Of a stretch of 64,000 bases of DNA, positions 12,567 to 26,559 are shown piece after piece. The DNA is from Lama glama (Eukaryota). The DNA lies in contig CM052816.1 in assembly GCA_028534125.1 (NCBI GenBank), forward strand, positions 54,996,001 through 55,060,000. The letters are read 5' to 3'. The stretch's first letter is position 1; every line of letters starts with the position of its first letter. The translations under genes were made by a program, and so were the position numbers. The notes beneath the pieces are model-generated. The model was given only the letters and a program-made list of their open reading frames with translations, did not search any database and had not been told where the DNA came from.

Positions 12567-13219
12567 AAAATAATACCAAACCCTCAAAGAACTCAAAAGA
12601 AACAGAAGATTACATTTACATCAATATAAAAATGACAGTACCATAAGCATGGAAATATGTACCAGATGCTTATTTACTGAGCATTTATTTTTCTTCAAGG
12701 CCATAAGCAGCATTTCCTATGCAGCGTTTCATTGAAGTCTCATGACTCTCTATGGCAGGTACACAATCTATCCCACTTTACCTTTGAGCAAACAGGCTGA
12801 GAGGCCATTTGCCCAAGTGAAGAGCAGAAACCTCAGGGCTAGAAATATTTGGATGGGATGGAGGAAACAGGTCCAGAAGAACTTGGGGAAATGTCTTTGT
12901 TAATGGATGATGAAGAAAAAGAACCAGCAGCAGAGGCCGGAAGAGTGCTGGGACAGGCTGGTCTTCAACAAAAGTAGGGCCAAAGGAGCAGGAGTTCCCA
13001 TACCCTGTCCTTTTCCCCATACCCTCATCCTACGACTCCCAAGTTTGCCTTGTGGCTTTATTCCTTAGAACAGAGAGATGGCATCCCAGACCATCAACAG
13101 GGGTCAACCAAGATTTGTATTTGTCAAAATCATCTTCTTTTTCTTAACAAGTTGAATCTGATCTCAACTTTAGAAGAGAGGACTCAGATTTAGGACAAGT
13201 ACCAAAGCTCTCAAACAAC

Positions 13220-13830
13220 TCTCCTCTACACCTCCACTCCAAGAGTCCAGGCCTTTGACATACCTCCCCTTGAATTCTTGCAACAGCCCTCAAACAGCCC
13301 CCTAGCCACCACTCCTCCTCCAGCCATTCTCCTCACTGTCACCAGAAGCATCTTCCTAACACAGAGTCCTGCTGACAATAGTCTCTCTCCAAAGCTTTCA
13401 TGGAGCCCCCATTTCCTACAGAACAGAGTTCTAAAATAGAACATACTCCCTCTCCTCCACTATATGAAGCCCCCATTTCCCTGTGGCACCACATCCCAGG
13501 CTCACACCCCTCCCTTTCAAGTTTGAGTTCTTCTGTTCTCCACCATCTCTCTGCCTGGAAAGCCATTCTCCCAGCTGTGTGTGACATTTCTGCATCCCCT
13601 CGAGCAAAATTCTGTGGATCTCGAAGTCAGAATCCATCCCCTCCCCTCAGCACATTGGTCCACGTTTTAGCACATCACTCGTCATGGCGGCCCCCACTGT
13701 AACTGGGTCACATCTCCCTCTCCAAACTGGGGATTTTTTAGAGGAAACAAGTCTGTTGCTTAATCTTTATGTCTCCTTCACGTCTAGCGTGGTTCCCTAC
13801 ACAGAGTGCACTCAAATATTTGCCAAACAA
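13220..13830 (+). mobile_element. L2 LINE 3' fragment
   Basis: ccattctcctcactgtcaccagaagcatcttcctaac, ending acacagagtgcactcaaatatttg (L2 3' terminus). Confidence 0.65.
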
Positions 13831-14449
13831 TTACCTTTTAGTGAATCTTCACTAAGTGACCTAACAGTCACCCCACAGTGAATATACTTTGTAGGTTATG
13901 ATTTTCTCATCTTGGGTTTTCTTTGGAGATACCTGGCATGCCCACATAGCATTGTCTAATCCTCCATCTCCACTGTTCCTAACAGTTAATCTCCAGGACG
14001 CCCCGTGACTACCAATTTCTCGTTGGAATTTCAGTCTAAAGACAACCTCCCATTTTTATGGTATCTTCAGACATGTTAAAAGCCTGAAAGCAATACAAAA
14101 CTCCTAGTTGGAGTCCACTTGCTCATTCTACCCTCCCCAACTTGTCAGTGTGAATGTTGGGGTCACATTCAAAAGAAGGCATTCTCACTGCACCCTTCCC
14201 TCTTGGCTGCTGCTTCCTTCCAGCCTCAGCCAGCCCACCCAGGAAGAGGCAGACGTGCCAGCAGCACTGGTCCCCAGGCCTCTATAAGCCATGCAAGATT
14301 CCAGCAACCCGGAGCCACTGAGGAGTATCAAACTCTGACATCACCCTGTCCGAAGAGAAGATCTGACTTAACATTTGAATTAAAACACACCCCCCCACAC
14401 AAAGCTTTAAGTTGCGACTGTAACATATTGGCCATGGCTGATGGAATTC

Positions 14450-14880
14450 TGACTATCTTTGAGGCTCAACTCAAAGGCCACTTCCTTCACAAAGTCTCCC
14501 CTGATTCCTGTTTACAGTCCTTTCTCCTGGTGCTTCCTATACTGCTCAGTTTACTAGTAAATTCCCAGAAGACATACGTGTGTCCTCATGGTGTCCAGCA
14601 TGCTTCCCTGCACAGGCTGTATGCTCCATAAAAATATCTGATGAACAAATAATCTTTTATCAGGGTATGTTAATAAACAGGCTTTAAAATATCTATGTGG
14701 GGTAGTTTCATTTGCCTACTGACCCTGAGTAAAATAAGAGTGTAGTCACCGATGGAGCAAATACAGTACCATTCCATAGACTTCACTTGGCTAATGTTCA
14801 ATTCATAGATTCTATGGACAAGGCATGAGTCAAAGCACCAGGGACAGGGCAGTGAGCAAAACAAAAACTTTCTGTCCTCA
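14450..14880. mobile_element. Two short L2 3' fragments (plus at ~14450-14650, minus at ~14795-14880)
   Basis: tttgaggctcaactcaaaggccacttcc...aaaatatctgatgaac, and gggacagggcagtgagcaaaacaaaa. Confidence 0.55.
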
Positions 14881-17800
14881 TGCACCTTCTTTTTATACAT
14901 CTCTTCCTTCCCTCCTGACCACATACCTGGCCACTGCCCGTCCAACCACACACACTTCAGCCTCACCTTCCTTCCTTCCTGACCTATCGTCAAAGCATAT
15001 GGCAAGATTACAAGGGAGATAATGTCTCCATCACCACAAAAGCAGATCCCTCTGGGCCAGAGGGGTGGCCTGCAAATATTTCTGCATTAGTCAACATTTA
15101 CTAAGTAGCAACTTCTGATAAGAGCCACTGGCATGGATGAGAACCCTGACATTTAAACAGCCATCATGCAGCAGAAGAAACAACTCGCTTAAGCCTGACT
15201 CTGCCCCCTATAAAGCACTTTTCCATGTTATTGTGTGGTTTTCATACTCTCCCCGAAAGACAGGCATTATCTCTGTCTTACAAACCAGGAAATAGAGTCA
15301 TGCAAGGGAAAGGGACCACCTCTGGCTACTCGCTGGGTCAACAGCAGAGCCAAGGCTGAGTCTGAGGTCCCTCAGCACCTCAATCCCTGCTCTTTGTCCA
15401 GAGCCACACTACTGCTACATCTGAGTGAGCCGCGAAAGGCGCTCACCACCACTAAACCCAAGGGAAGATCGCTTAAGACTGCCTTCGGAATTGCTTTTAT
15501 TTTAAAGCAGACTGATTAACTGAGACTTCTTCTAAAGTCCATCTTTACTTGCTGCCTTGAAACTTAAGAAACAGGAGAACATTGAGGGGAACAACTTCCT
15601 AAAGTCTGAGCAACGCACGAATTCCCTTTGTAATGTCAGCTGACGTTGGCTAAAGACGGTTAGGCAAGAACATTCTAGGGAAATCACAACACAGGGCTTA
15701 TTCAGAGGTTTAAGCAACAGAATGAGTTGGTAGGAAAGGTTTTGAAATAGAATTATAAAATTAGAGACAGGAGGAACCTTAGGGAGTTCATTTCTCAAAG
15801 AACATCCACCAAATCCACTCTAAAAATAGCCCGAGACCAACCTTGTACATTAAGGAGTTGGTATGGTCGCTTGGTCCCCTGGGCCACTCTACTTGCTCCC
15901 TTCACACATGCACACCAAGGTCACCATCTCCTTTGTATTAAAATATATCCATTCGTTCAACAAATACTAGAGGGGCTGCTTTGTGCCAGTCTCTCCTACG
16001 GACTGGACACAAGTGACAAGTATGACACACAAAGTCCCACATGAAGTTTTCATTAGACTTAAACAATTAAAACTTTGGCATAATTACAGGATGCTTAGGT
16101 AAATGGGGATATCCTGGAAGGAGGGTGGGCAGGAATCACAAAACTAGGGTTGGGAATCTCCATTTTATAAAAATTTAAGGAAAAGTGGATTAAGAATATG
16201 ATAGGAGTCATCAGTTCATAGAAACATACCACAGCTGAGCATTTTATGCACACATTGTTATTCGGTGTGACTTAAAACTGCTGTAAGGAATCCTGAATAT
16301 CCTCAGGTATGTCATTCAATTCAAACATGTACTGAACCATCCTGGGAGAGTTCAGACTGCCCTTTACCTGGGGGAGTACACCTCCCAGTACACCTGGGAG
16401 TCTGGCTATCTTCAGACTCTCAGAACATATAGGATGGCTAGCAGATATAGGATATCTCTTATAGGATGTATACCCCAAGGAAGTGAATTGATTCTGAGAC
16501 CCTAAAACTGGGGCAGGGTACAAGGGCAGGAATTAAAAATGAGAGAACCCCAAGTCCAAGATTTCCAGTAAGCTGATACTGAGTCAACTGACCCGTGATA
16601 TATTTTGGCTTCATACCAGCTTCCTGAAGTATTTCACAGCTATTTAATCTTATGCTTTAAAAGGACCACATGATCAGACTTCCCTAAACTGAATTTTCTT
16701 TTGAAAAATAGGCAGACCTGGGGTTGAAGTTACTAGCAACCTGATACATATTCCCAGGCACCCGAAAGAATCTGAGTCAATAATAGATATGGCCACCCCA
16801 TCTGTTAAAACACCGAAGGTTACATGAAGCCATGACAATTATGAGACGCGGAGTGCAGGGGCTCACATCTCATCCATCTCCACATCCCTACCAAGTGCCA
16901 GGTGAACAGTAGGTGTGCAGTGAAGTCTGCTAACTGGTGTGCTCAGCCTTGCGCTTACTGAAGGGCAGAGATGCTATGTCCTCCACAAGTCTGGTCCTAC
17001 CAGTCCAAGCCCTGATGGTAACAGCCACACTGTCCAGATCCCCAGGGAAGGTGAACTGTATTTGAAGCCTGCCCTCCACACCTTTCCTGGAACTTCTCCT
17101 CCATCATACATTTCTAAGAACTCTGTTAAAAATCAACACACAACTTTAGGTTACACATGGCTGAAAAGGACTGTGGCCACCTCCTCTAATCAGACAAAGC
17201 CCTACATCTTCAAATTCAGCATTAGACGAATTTCCTAGGAAGGCAAAGAAGGGTAACCAACAAACTACACATTTCCTTACAAGAGCTAGAGTCTCTGGCT
17301 ACTGATGTCATGTTTCCAGTAAGGCCCAGAACAGTTAGTTTCTTTGTTATAATTACTCAGAAAAATGAGAAACATTTGAGGCTTTGGGAAAAGTTGATCC
17401 CTTCCTGCAACTATGTTTTTAAATGTACACAGCTTTAAGATCGACATATGAAAAAGAGTTCTTTGATCCTACTTTGATACAAAAGGTCCCAAACTCTTTT
17501 TCCCCCAAGAATGTGATCAAACTTGAGCACCTAAGATGCCACCTGTTTCTAGCAAGCCTAGATCTCAAAACCCAGGACACCTTTTTAGCACAGGATCTCA
17601 TTTCTAAAACTTGCACATGGGAGTAAAATTACTTTTGGTCCACTGTGCAAACTTGAACAAGATTGTTTTGTTTTTGTTTTTAAGTAATCTAGAAGCTCAA
17701 AGCAGACCATGAAGATGTTAAGTTCTACATACAGAGGTGGACCAACCTGTAGTCTTGGAGGGGAGGGAAGGGCCTATCTAGGACTTTGCTCAATTTGGGA

Positions 17801-18629
17801 GAAGAATTAAAAGCAATGATTCTTAGATTTGGGATTTCTTAATTATAATTGCAAAAACATTTGGGGGGAAAAAACACCTCTTTTGCTACTAAGTAGGCAC
17901 AGGGAAAATTCCATTTGTTCACTGCCTTCTCCTACACACTTCGTCACCCCCACACAGATCTCAGTGAGGAAGAATGGAGCATCAAGTTTCCAAGACCAAT
18001 TTAAGAATTTTTAACCCCAACAGTTAAAATTACAGAAGGAATTGTAAAATCTTTAGTCTGGATAAGCTTCTACTAATTTTAAAGGGATGGAAAGGAATTC
18101 AACTCATCTCAATTGAATATGAACTTTTAACGCTTAAGATGGTCAGTGCAAAAATGCTCCAAATTTTTAAGAACCAGCCCTAAAATGATTCCTCCCTGTT
18201 TTCCACATCTAATGAATATTTTAAGGACATAGATGATTACCTAAACTTAAATACCCTGTGGGAATGATGATAGTTTGCAACTATTAAACAGACTTAGCAG
18301 GTTATGTAATGACAGTTCCAAGGAGCAACAAGTCACTGCCCCTATCCTCTCAGAAAACGACTCCAGATAACCCAGAATATGAGAGGGTATCTCCACAAAG
18401 CTAGGGGTCTTAGAAGACTTAGAATGGGGAGGCTTGGCCTAAGGTTTCCTTGACCATTAGGAGAAAAACGATAAATCACAAATGGTTCAAAAGTAAGTGC
18501 AAGAAAACAAAGCAGCCTGTTGGTTGCGAGCAGGGCTTTTTCCCATGTTTCAAGTGCATAGATTCTATTTCTCTCATCCGTGTGAGCCCTTCGTGATACA
18601 TGTGTGAAAAACAGCAGACAGAAGGGATT

Positions 18630-18850
18630 AACACATAATGAGCACCTGCCATGTGCCAGATACTCTACATATATTATCGCTTATCCCCCTTTAAGACACG
18701 GGTTTGAATCTCTACTATGCTGGTGCGAAACAAACCCACAGAGGTTGGGTCATTTAGGTTTAGGTAATTCTAACGATCCTCATGAAAGTTCAGAGGCAGA
18801 ACTGGTATCTGAAACCACTCTGATTCCCCAGTTCTGATCTTTCTGCTTTA
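18630..18850 (-). mobile_element. MIR
   Basis: aatgagcacctgccatgtgccag...gaaacaaacccacagaggtt. Confidence 0.6.
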
Positions 18851-19946
18851 CTGGAGTGCCACTGCTTCCCTGCATAAAAATGTTCGATGACTGGGCTGGT
18901 GGTGGTCAGGCCCTCCTGAGGGTGTTGTTAATGGTGTTACTGATCTCTCACTAATGCAGATAGATCAACGTGACTTTCTTTTTCCTGCTGGAAACCATGT
19001 CAATTAATGCTATTCTCTTGAGAAAGTACAGACAGTAAAATTACAGGCTTATTTCTCAGAAATGCACAAACCTCAAAAGTAGTCCAACAAAGGAAAAAAA
19101 ATCAAGATAACATTCAGCACTGTGACGTTAGACTGCATTGGGAATGCAAGACGTACAACAAGGCCAAAATAAAAACACACAAAACTAAATGACGCTACTT
19201 ACAAGATACATCACATCATAAGCCAAGTCATGTGGCAATAAATGCTGAGAACACATTTGAGAAAATACACCTCTTTTTTCCATCTGAGGCACCCTCCTCC
19301 ATTACACTCTTCTTCTCCTGCAAACAGTGAATTTCTGCCTACACTGACAAAGATGCGTGATTTAAAAAGGGGTGCAGCTGACAGGAAAGAGCAGTGGCTT
19401 GGGCGCCTGTAACACTGTCACACCCAGTTACCAAAGAGCTAACTTGACACTCAGTTGCCTCAGCTGTACAAAGAGAGTAATTGCACTACCCTCATGAAGC
19501 TGGTGTAGTACTTTTTTTTAATATTTTGAAGTCGCAGATATTTCAAATTATTTAAGCTATATTCTAATATAATCAATTATTAAATAAGTTATAAGATAAA
19601 AAAACTTAGAGACATGAATCATAAAGACAACAGATCATCAGCTCACCTTTCACGGATAATGGATTACACTCAATCTTCCCCTCACTCAGCAGCTGTAGCA
19701 TCTATCTCCCAGGTAACTTGCAAATTGAATGTATTTGAAGCCATATAAGTTTTAAAAAGCACCACAATTTTAATTCCACACACACGTACACATAGTGTAT
19801 ATATGTATTTGTGTGTATATACTGCTATAATGATTATATAAGATGTTACTATACATACTATAATCAAAAAGAAAAAAGCCTAAAAGGAAATACTAACATG
19901 TTAGAGCATTTGTTTCCAAAAGGAGGGCTTTGGAGGTTTTTCCTTA

Positions 19947-20258
19947 ATTTTTTAAAAATTATTATTATTGTAGTATAGTCAGTTTACAATGTTGTGTCAA
20001 TTTCTGGTGTCCAGCATAATGTTTCAGTCATAATATACATAGATATATTCGTTTTCATATTCTTTTCCATTATAGGTTTCTACAAAATAGTGAATATAGT
20101 TCCCTGTGCTATACAGAAGAAGTTTGTCGTTTATCTATTTTATATACAATAGTTAATATTAGCAAATCTTGAACTCCCAATTTATCCCTTCCCAACCTCT
20201 TTCCCCCTGGTAACCAAAAGTTTGTTTACTATGTCTACACAGAAGAAATTTGTTGTTT
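19947..20258 (-). mobile_element. Artiodactyl-type L1 3' end, 5'-truncated
   Basis: gtatagtcagtttacaatgttgtgtcaatttctggtgt...atagttccctgtgctatacag...ccctggtaacca. Confidence 0.88.
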
Positions 20259-23200
20259 CTTAACCTTTTTGACTCTTAGACATTTTTCCCATGGCTCCAC
20301 ACCATTGACATGTATAGATTTAATTATCTAGATCAGAAGTAACAAAGGATTAAGTGTGTTTTAATATTCAGTTACAGAAAAAAATTTAAAACATGATAAG
20401 GAATAAATCTTAATGCCAAATCCACTGATGAAGCATGCCTCTCATGCACCTATGACCCATTTAAACTTCTGGAAAATGATCACAGACATTGAAAATTTAT
20501 GATAAATATTCAGTCAGCTTTACTGGGTAAAACCCACACACACAAGTTCAAAGACAGCAGAGAGGAAGACAACCAAGGGCACGATATTCTGTTGGAAGGT
20601 CTAATTGTCCATCCAGCTTGGGTACGGTCAGCTACTGAGAGAGAATGGGGGGAAGAGGTAAATGAAAGGGAACGAACAGAAGGGGACCTAACCTGGAGGA
20701 TGAAGAGAAGGCGAGCCCATGTGATACGAAACCTGACAAGTCTTAAGGAGAAGAAAAACACGGGTGTGCTTGGCAAGCACACAATTTGGCAACAGAACGA
20801 GCAGGATGAAGAAGAGCACGGTACAGGGGAAGAAAAAGGAAGCCAACAAAGAGCAGCCAACTCATTTTGTGACTTCAGATGTTGGAGGTGGAAACTGCAC
20901 GTGGCACAGCACCAGAAAGTCACCCGACGCGCCGATTTCCAGAAAGACAGGTTTGTGTAATTCAAGGGGAACAACACAAAGGCGTCCCACTGTCGCAGGG
21001 ATACACGAAGGAGCCAGCGTTAAACCTCAACCTAAACATTTAGAAGAGAAGTGTAATAAAACAGACTCAATTAAAGGCGAGGACATAGAACAGAGGGGTC
21101 CTATTAATGCAAGCATATGCTGTTTGTTAGTGACTGTGAATTAACACATGATTCAGGACAGTCGATTTTTAAAGTGTGCCAGAAATTCAGCTCTCAGATG
21201 GATCATACTATGCAAATGGAGGTATGTTGGCAATACAGTCAAGGAGAGAGAATACAGTCCAAGTTACTTTTGGACAAAAGCAGTTCAGGCTAGTTTTAAT
21301 GAACAGGGAGCTTCTCTGGCTTTTAAGCAGGACATGAAAACCAGCGTCCACTCGCACATTTAGGGTTTATGGGAGACTGGAGGACGCCAGCATCAAAGAA
21401 CAGGACTTCTACCAAATATGTTGTGCTCTTTGGTTTCACAAAAGTCATCTGTATTTATACATCAAGTGCTACCACTTCAGTTAGCTCATATGACTGTCAC
21501 AGCTCCATCAGATAGAGGACCAGTACTATTACATCCACTTGACTAAAACTAAGATGCAGTAAGTGCTTTGCTCAAGATCCCGGGCTAGTAGATGACAGAG
21601 CTGGTTTGTATTTCAATCCAACTCTTGGCTTTGGTTTAGTTTTTACTGAACTTTCGGAGGTACCCTATTATATAAAGGCAAACATATTTTTATTCTTTAA
21701 GGTCAACAATACAGGGAGCAGTAGGAGGAAATGGAATGGCCGGTGTGGGAAGGGAGTTGAGTTGGCAACAGTGGGTGAAGCTAAAGTCGTGTTTGCAGGC
21801 TGAGGAGAATGTATACAAACCACGATTTTGTAAACTACTTGGAAAGTGTAGAAAATACCCTGGGAACGGCGCTCTTGTGGGAAAGAATTTACCCCACTTG
21901 GGCAACAAAGCTGAAAACATTTTGGTTTTGGCTTGTTGTGCACTTTTTGTTCTAACATGCTCATAGAAAGGACAAGATCCCAAGTTGAGAAAAATGGATG
22001 TTCTGAGAAACACAATGAAAGACACCAAAGTCTTCAGAAATTAAAATTCTTTGGTCCAAAGCTCAAAAAACTTTATACAGCGGCCAGGAGAGCAACCACC
22101 TTAAATATAATTCACATTCTTCTGCTTCAGACTTCAATTAATAACTAATCTCCTTCTGACATTTCTTTTCTGGCTGGGGACTGTGCCATGCTACTATACG
22201 TAAACCCCTGTGCAGGCTGGTCTCCTGCAGATCAGAGGAGATAGCCAAATTGTGTGTCAGCACAGGTTCCTTAGAGGATTCGAATACACTTTCAGAATTA
22301 AGTCATTGTTTCTACTCCAGACATGAGAGCCCTGCTAGCATTTGTGCAGAAAATATCCACATTTATGAAGCTAAGTGAGGATGGAAATTTATTCTTATGA
22401 CGGGTCCACTAGGTACAAAATGCTGGCAGAGAATTATGGAGATGCAGAGTCCTAAAATGCCTTCCAAGTGGCTTATAATTAAAACCAATAAATACAACAA
22501 CAACAGAATGTTTCTTCTGGTAAGTGGCAAAGTCTCTAACTAGTGGTTAAGTTGTCACACTACATATCAAGGGTGGAGAGAAGGGATGAGATGAGGTGGG
22601 TGAAGGGACTCTGTGCCCCTCACAGTCTACAGTCTAACAGAAAACACACTTAACATTGGAGAAAAGTCTGGAGCATCTCTGAAGAAAAGACAAACTAACA
22701 ATAGGACAAAGAGCAGAAAAGCCAACGGGAAGAGAAGAGATTATTCAACGACAGGATTAACTGGAGCCAGTTTTCTAGATTAAGAGAGTTTGAAGCCAGG
22801 TGTTGGAGGAGGGGGGAGAAAGCTGAGAAATGCAACCAGAGAGGACAAGAAAGATGAGAAAGCTGCACGTGCACTTCTAGATGCACCTCTGTGCTTTGTC
22901 TCCTGTCCCATCCCTCAGCCCTCAAAGTCTCCCCTCCTCCCCTCGCCACCTTTCCATAAGTCTCAGCTTCTGGAACAGGGAGACGGTCCCGGATGTTGTA
23001 CAGCTGTCCCTCAGCAGGGCAGCCGAAGGGAGTACAGGTTGTGTGGTAACAGTGGGAAAATCAGATGACAGCTCATCGTCAAGGAGCGGGGCAGAGTTTC
23101 ATCTGTGGACAAAAGCTCTGGCAACAAAGGTAGCCTGGCACGTCTAACAACCCACATCACTTCCTGTGCAGTTCCATAGAAAGTGCAGTGGGCATCAGCT

Positions 23201-23759
23201 GTAACAGCAGTGACATCAACTACTGTCATTACTGTTAAATTCTCAAACCAAGTTCCTCACTTTACCAATCCACCAGTATCCAGAGTCAACAACACTGCTT
23301 TTTCTTGGAGGTGGAAGGAACAGCCCTAGGTCTGCTCTTCAAAATCCTTGGTTCCCTGTCTCCTCTCCCAGTGCTCCGTCCACTGCCATCCTGACGCTCT
23401 ATCTGGCAGAGCCCGGCGCAGCACACCCAGCGTTTTTGTGCTCTCTGAGGTGGGCTCCTCTGGCATGGTCTCGGGCAGCTCCAGGCCCTCTCCTAACTCA
23501 GCCTTCCCTCCCCCTTGACATCACTTTGAGAGAAAAAAAAAAAAAGATGTTGAGGGGTAGGGAGAGAGATAAAGAGTAGAGAAAAGAAGTCGAGAAAAAA
23601 CAAAGAAGCCTGCGAATCACAGCGTGTAGAATGATGTAGGAGAGGACTAGCAGAGAGGCTGGTAGAAACAGCTGGTGAGGCTTTGGCTCTTTGACAGCCA
23701 CACTTCCACAGCCCCCAGAGTATTTCCATGACTCGGTTTTTCCCAGCACTAGTGTTCCC

Positions 23760-23910
23760 GCATTTAACCTGCAACAATCCTGTGACGCTGGTATTCTTCC
23801 CATTTTACAGATGTGCAAACGGAGACTTGGGACAGCTTAATCATTTTTTCCACAATCACAGCCAACAGGTGGAGAGCACAACCTGGCAGTAGTCCGATCT
23901 TAACCGGCAA
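23760..23910 (-). mobile_element. MIR
   Basis: MIR core cccattttacagatgtgcaaacggagac. Confidence 0.65.
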
Positions 23911-24854
23911 GCTGCCTTCAGGAGAGGCAAACCTGTCTTTCTGAGCCCTCTCTGGACCTCCACACAAACTGAAGCTTCCCACAGTGCGTATTAATGAGCT
24001 CTTCTGTAGGAAAATAACCCTAAATGCAGAAGAGAGTAAACACACAGAAACAACTGGAGGTGAAAGGAACTGTGTCAGGGCTCAGCTCAAAGCCCAATAA
24101 GTATGAATTGTCTAATTTCAGTCTCACTCTTAAAAACAATCATCCATTTTGCATTCTACTCCACAATTGATCTGTGATTCAGTATTTAAAATATAAGGAG
24201 TTCCTGCCTCCAAACTTAGTAAAATCGGCATTCTAGGCCGAAGCGGTGTGTGGACCGTGCTGGCACTGGGGTGCACCCCACCAGGACCGGGTGTCACAGC
24301 ATGGAGAGCTCAGGCAGCAGGCCAGTGTCCCGTGTACCCGGTGCTGATGCCAGCTCAGCTCACGCTTGGCTGCATGTGTGCAGGCGGCTTAGAGAACCAG
24401 CTGGGAGGTGTCACTCCTGGGGAGCATCTCGTCCAAGGCACTCCACACACCATCCCTGCAGTCTGGCTCTGCCCCTGATTACCACCCCTTGCTGTGATCC
24501 ACAATGATGTGACCCCCCTTAACGCATCGGTGCCTGCAGCATCCCTGAGACCGTGCTCACCAAGTAGGGGAGCACATCAAGAGGAAAAAATGCGGGGCAA
24601 AGAGAAACCAGAACTTTCTCATTCCATCTGGTTTCCCACATCTTTTTTCAGGGATGGGCTAGTTTTCAGCTGGATGTTCCAAGTCTGTTCCACATTCAAG
24701 TTGGACAGTGCTCTTGGAAGGTAGGTTTCCGCCAATTTAGTAGATAAAGCAGAACAAACTCATTCTGTACACGTTCCAGCACATAAACCCGAAAGTTCCT
24801 CGGTTCTAAATAAGTACTTGGCATGAGCCAAGGTACCCAGAGTAGTCAACAGTC

Positions 24855-25265
24855 ATGGGTGGATGGACCTAGAGATCATCATACTAAGTGAAGTAAGCCG
24901 AAGACATATCATACGATATCACTTCTATGTGCAAACTAAAATAGTGACACAAATGAACTTATTTACAAAACAGAAACAGACTCACAGACATAGAAAACAA
25001 ATGTACGGTTACCAAAGTAGGGGGAAGATGATGCAGGGGATAAATTAGGAGTTTGAGATTAGCAGATGCAAACTACTATATATAAAATAGATAAGCAAGG
25101 ACCTACTTTATAGCAGAAGGAACTATCTTCAGTATCTTGTAATGACCTATAATGCGAAAAAAAGTAATAAAGAATTTATATATACGTATAACTGAATCAC
25201 TATACTGGACACCAGAAACTAATACAACATTGTAAATCGATTACACTTCAATCAACAACCAAAAA
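24855..25265 (+). mobile_element. Artiodactyl-type L1 3' end
   Basis: ggatggacctagagatcatcatactaagtgaagtaag...aatgaacttatttacaaaacagaaacagactcacagacatagaaaacaaa...acaacattgtaaatc. Confidence 0.9.
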
Positions 25266-25269
25266 ACCC

Positions 25270-25503
25270 ATAGTGACAGGAAGCAGAATGGTGGTTTTCA
25301 GGGCCTGCAGAGAGGGGAGAAAGCATAGTTAGTGTTAAATGGGGGCAGTGCCAGTTTGGGAGCGTGAAAAAGTTCTGGAGATGGACAGTGGCAATGGTTG
25401 TACCACAATATGAGTGTACTTAATGCCACAGAACTGTCCACTCAAAAATGATTAAAACGGTAGATCTGTATATGTATATTTTACTACAATCAAAAAAAAA
25501 AAA
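25270..25503 (+). mobile_element. Older L1 (L1MB-like) 3' end
   Basis: agaatggtggtt...aaaagttctggagatggacagtggcaatggttg...gtacttaatgccac. Confidence 0.8.
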
Positions 25504-26559
25504 CTGCTTATACAGCACTTTCCATATACCATGCATAGTTCCAACTTCTCTGCAAATGTTAAGTCATTTCATCTTCACAACCCTACGAGGTAGGTTCTGT
25601 TATCAAGATTATCATCTTCATCATTCTCCTTGCCCAGTGTCCACAGCCGGCAAGAGGCAGAGCTGAGACACACAGGCTGGCACTCCAGCTCCATCACCTC
25701 ACCCTGGACCACTGCTCTGCTGCTCCTCAGCGAGACAGACAGCTGGGCTGGTGGGACTCACCCATCAGTTCACACAGGCACAGAACAGCAGATCCCAGTG
25801 CTTATGTACCACGGGGAGAGCCCTAAAGACACCCGACCCCTTAAGCCTCACTGTGATGAATTCAGGAATATCCCCAGGGCTCACCAGAAACAGATCTCAA
25901 ATCGAATTTAGCCTCTTTAACCAATTTCATGGAACCACAGAATTTCAGAATAGGAAGAATTTCATACGAGCATCTCTCTGGTCTCAGAGAAAGCTACTGC
26001 TAAACTATACCAGAGAAGCTATGTTTTCTTTCTTATATTTCTTCTATTTATACTTTCTTTTATTTCCAGAGAGAACTTAGAACTGATTGGTCTGTGAAAG
26101 AACACAATTCCAGGAAGCCACAAAGATGATGGTTCAAGGTCTGGGAGAAACCACCTTGAGCACGTCACTTAATCCTCTCTGGGTTTTACTGCCTCACTTG
26201 CCAAATGGGAGTACTTCTAACTCTGTCTTCCCCTGAGCTTAATTTATCAAAAATACTTTCAAAAATTTAAAATGCTATTCTCCTATTTCTATCCACTTGC
26301 AGGCGGTGAAAAAAAAAAGATCTAAATAACATACTTCATAGACAGATCTATAAGCATCACACCCAGGTCTCAAACATTGCTCCTAGAGTTCTCACTAATT
26401 CTTTACACATGGTTACTCATCCAAACAAAGGTAATGATGAGACGTTCACAACTTACATCGTATTTCACCTCTGCTCAAGGAAAACGTCTTTTCCTTACTG
26501 TCAGCATTCTGCATACCTCTCCCGACTTCACAGTGGGACAAGAGTAAAGCAGACCAGAC

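Noticed and set aside
20499..21144. Overlapping 153/155/126-aa ORFs on both strands
   Set aside because: Purine/pyrimidine strand-skewed sequence with no recognisable domain and no retrocopy hallmarks (poly-A, TSD). A BLASTX or PhyloCSF run would settle it.
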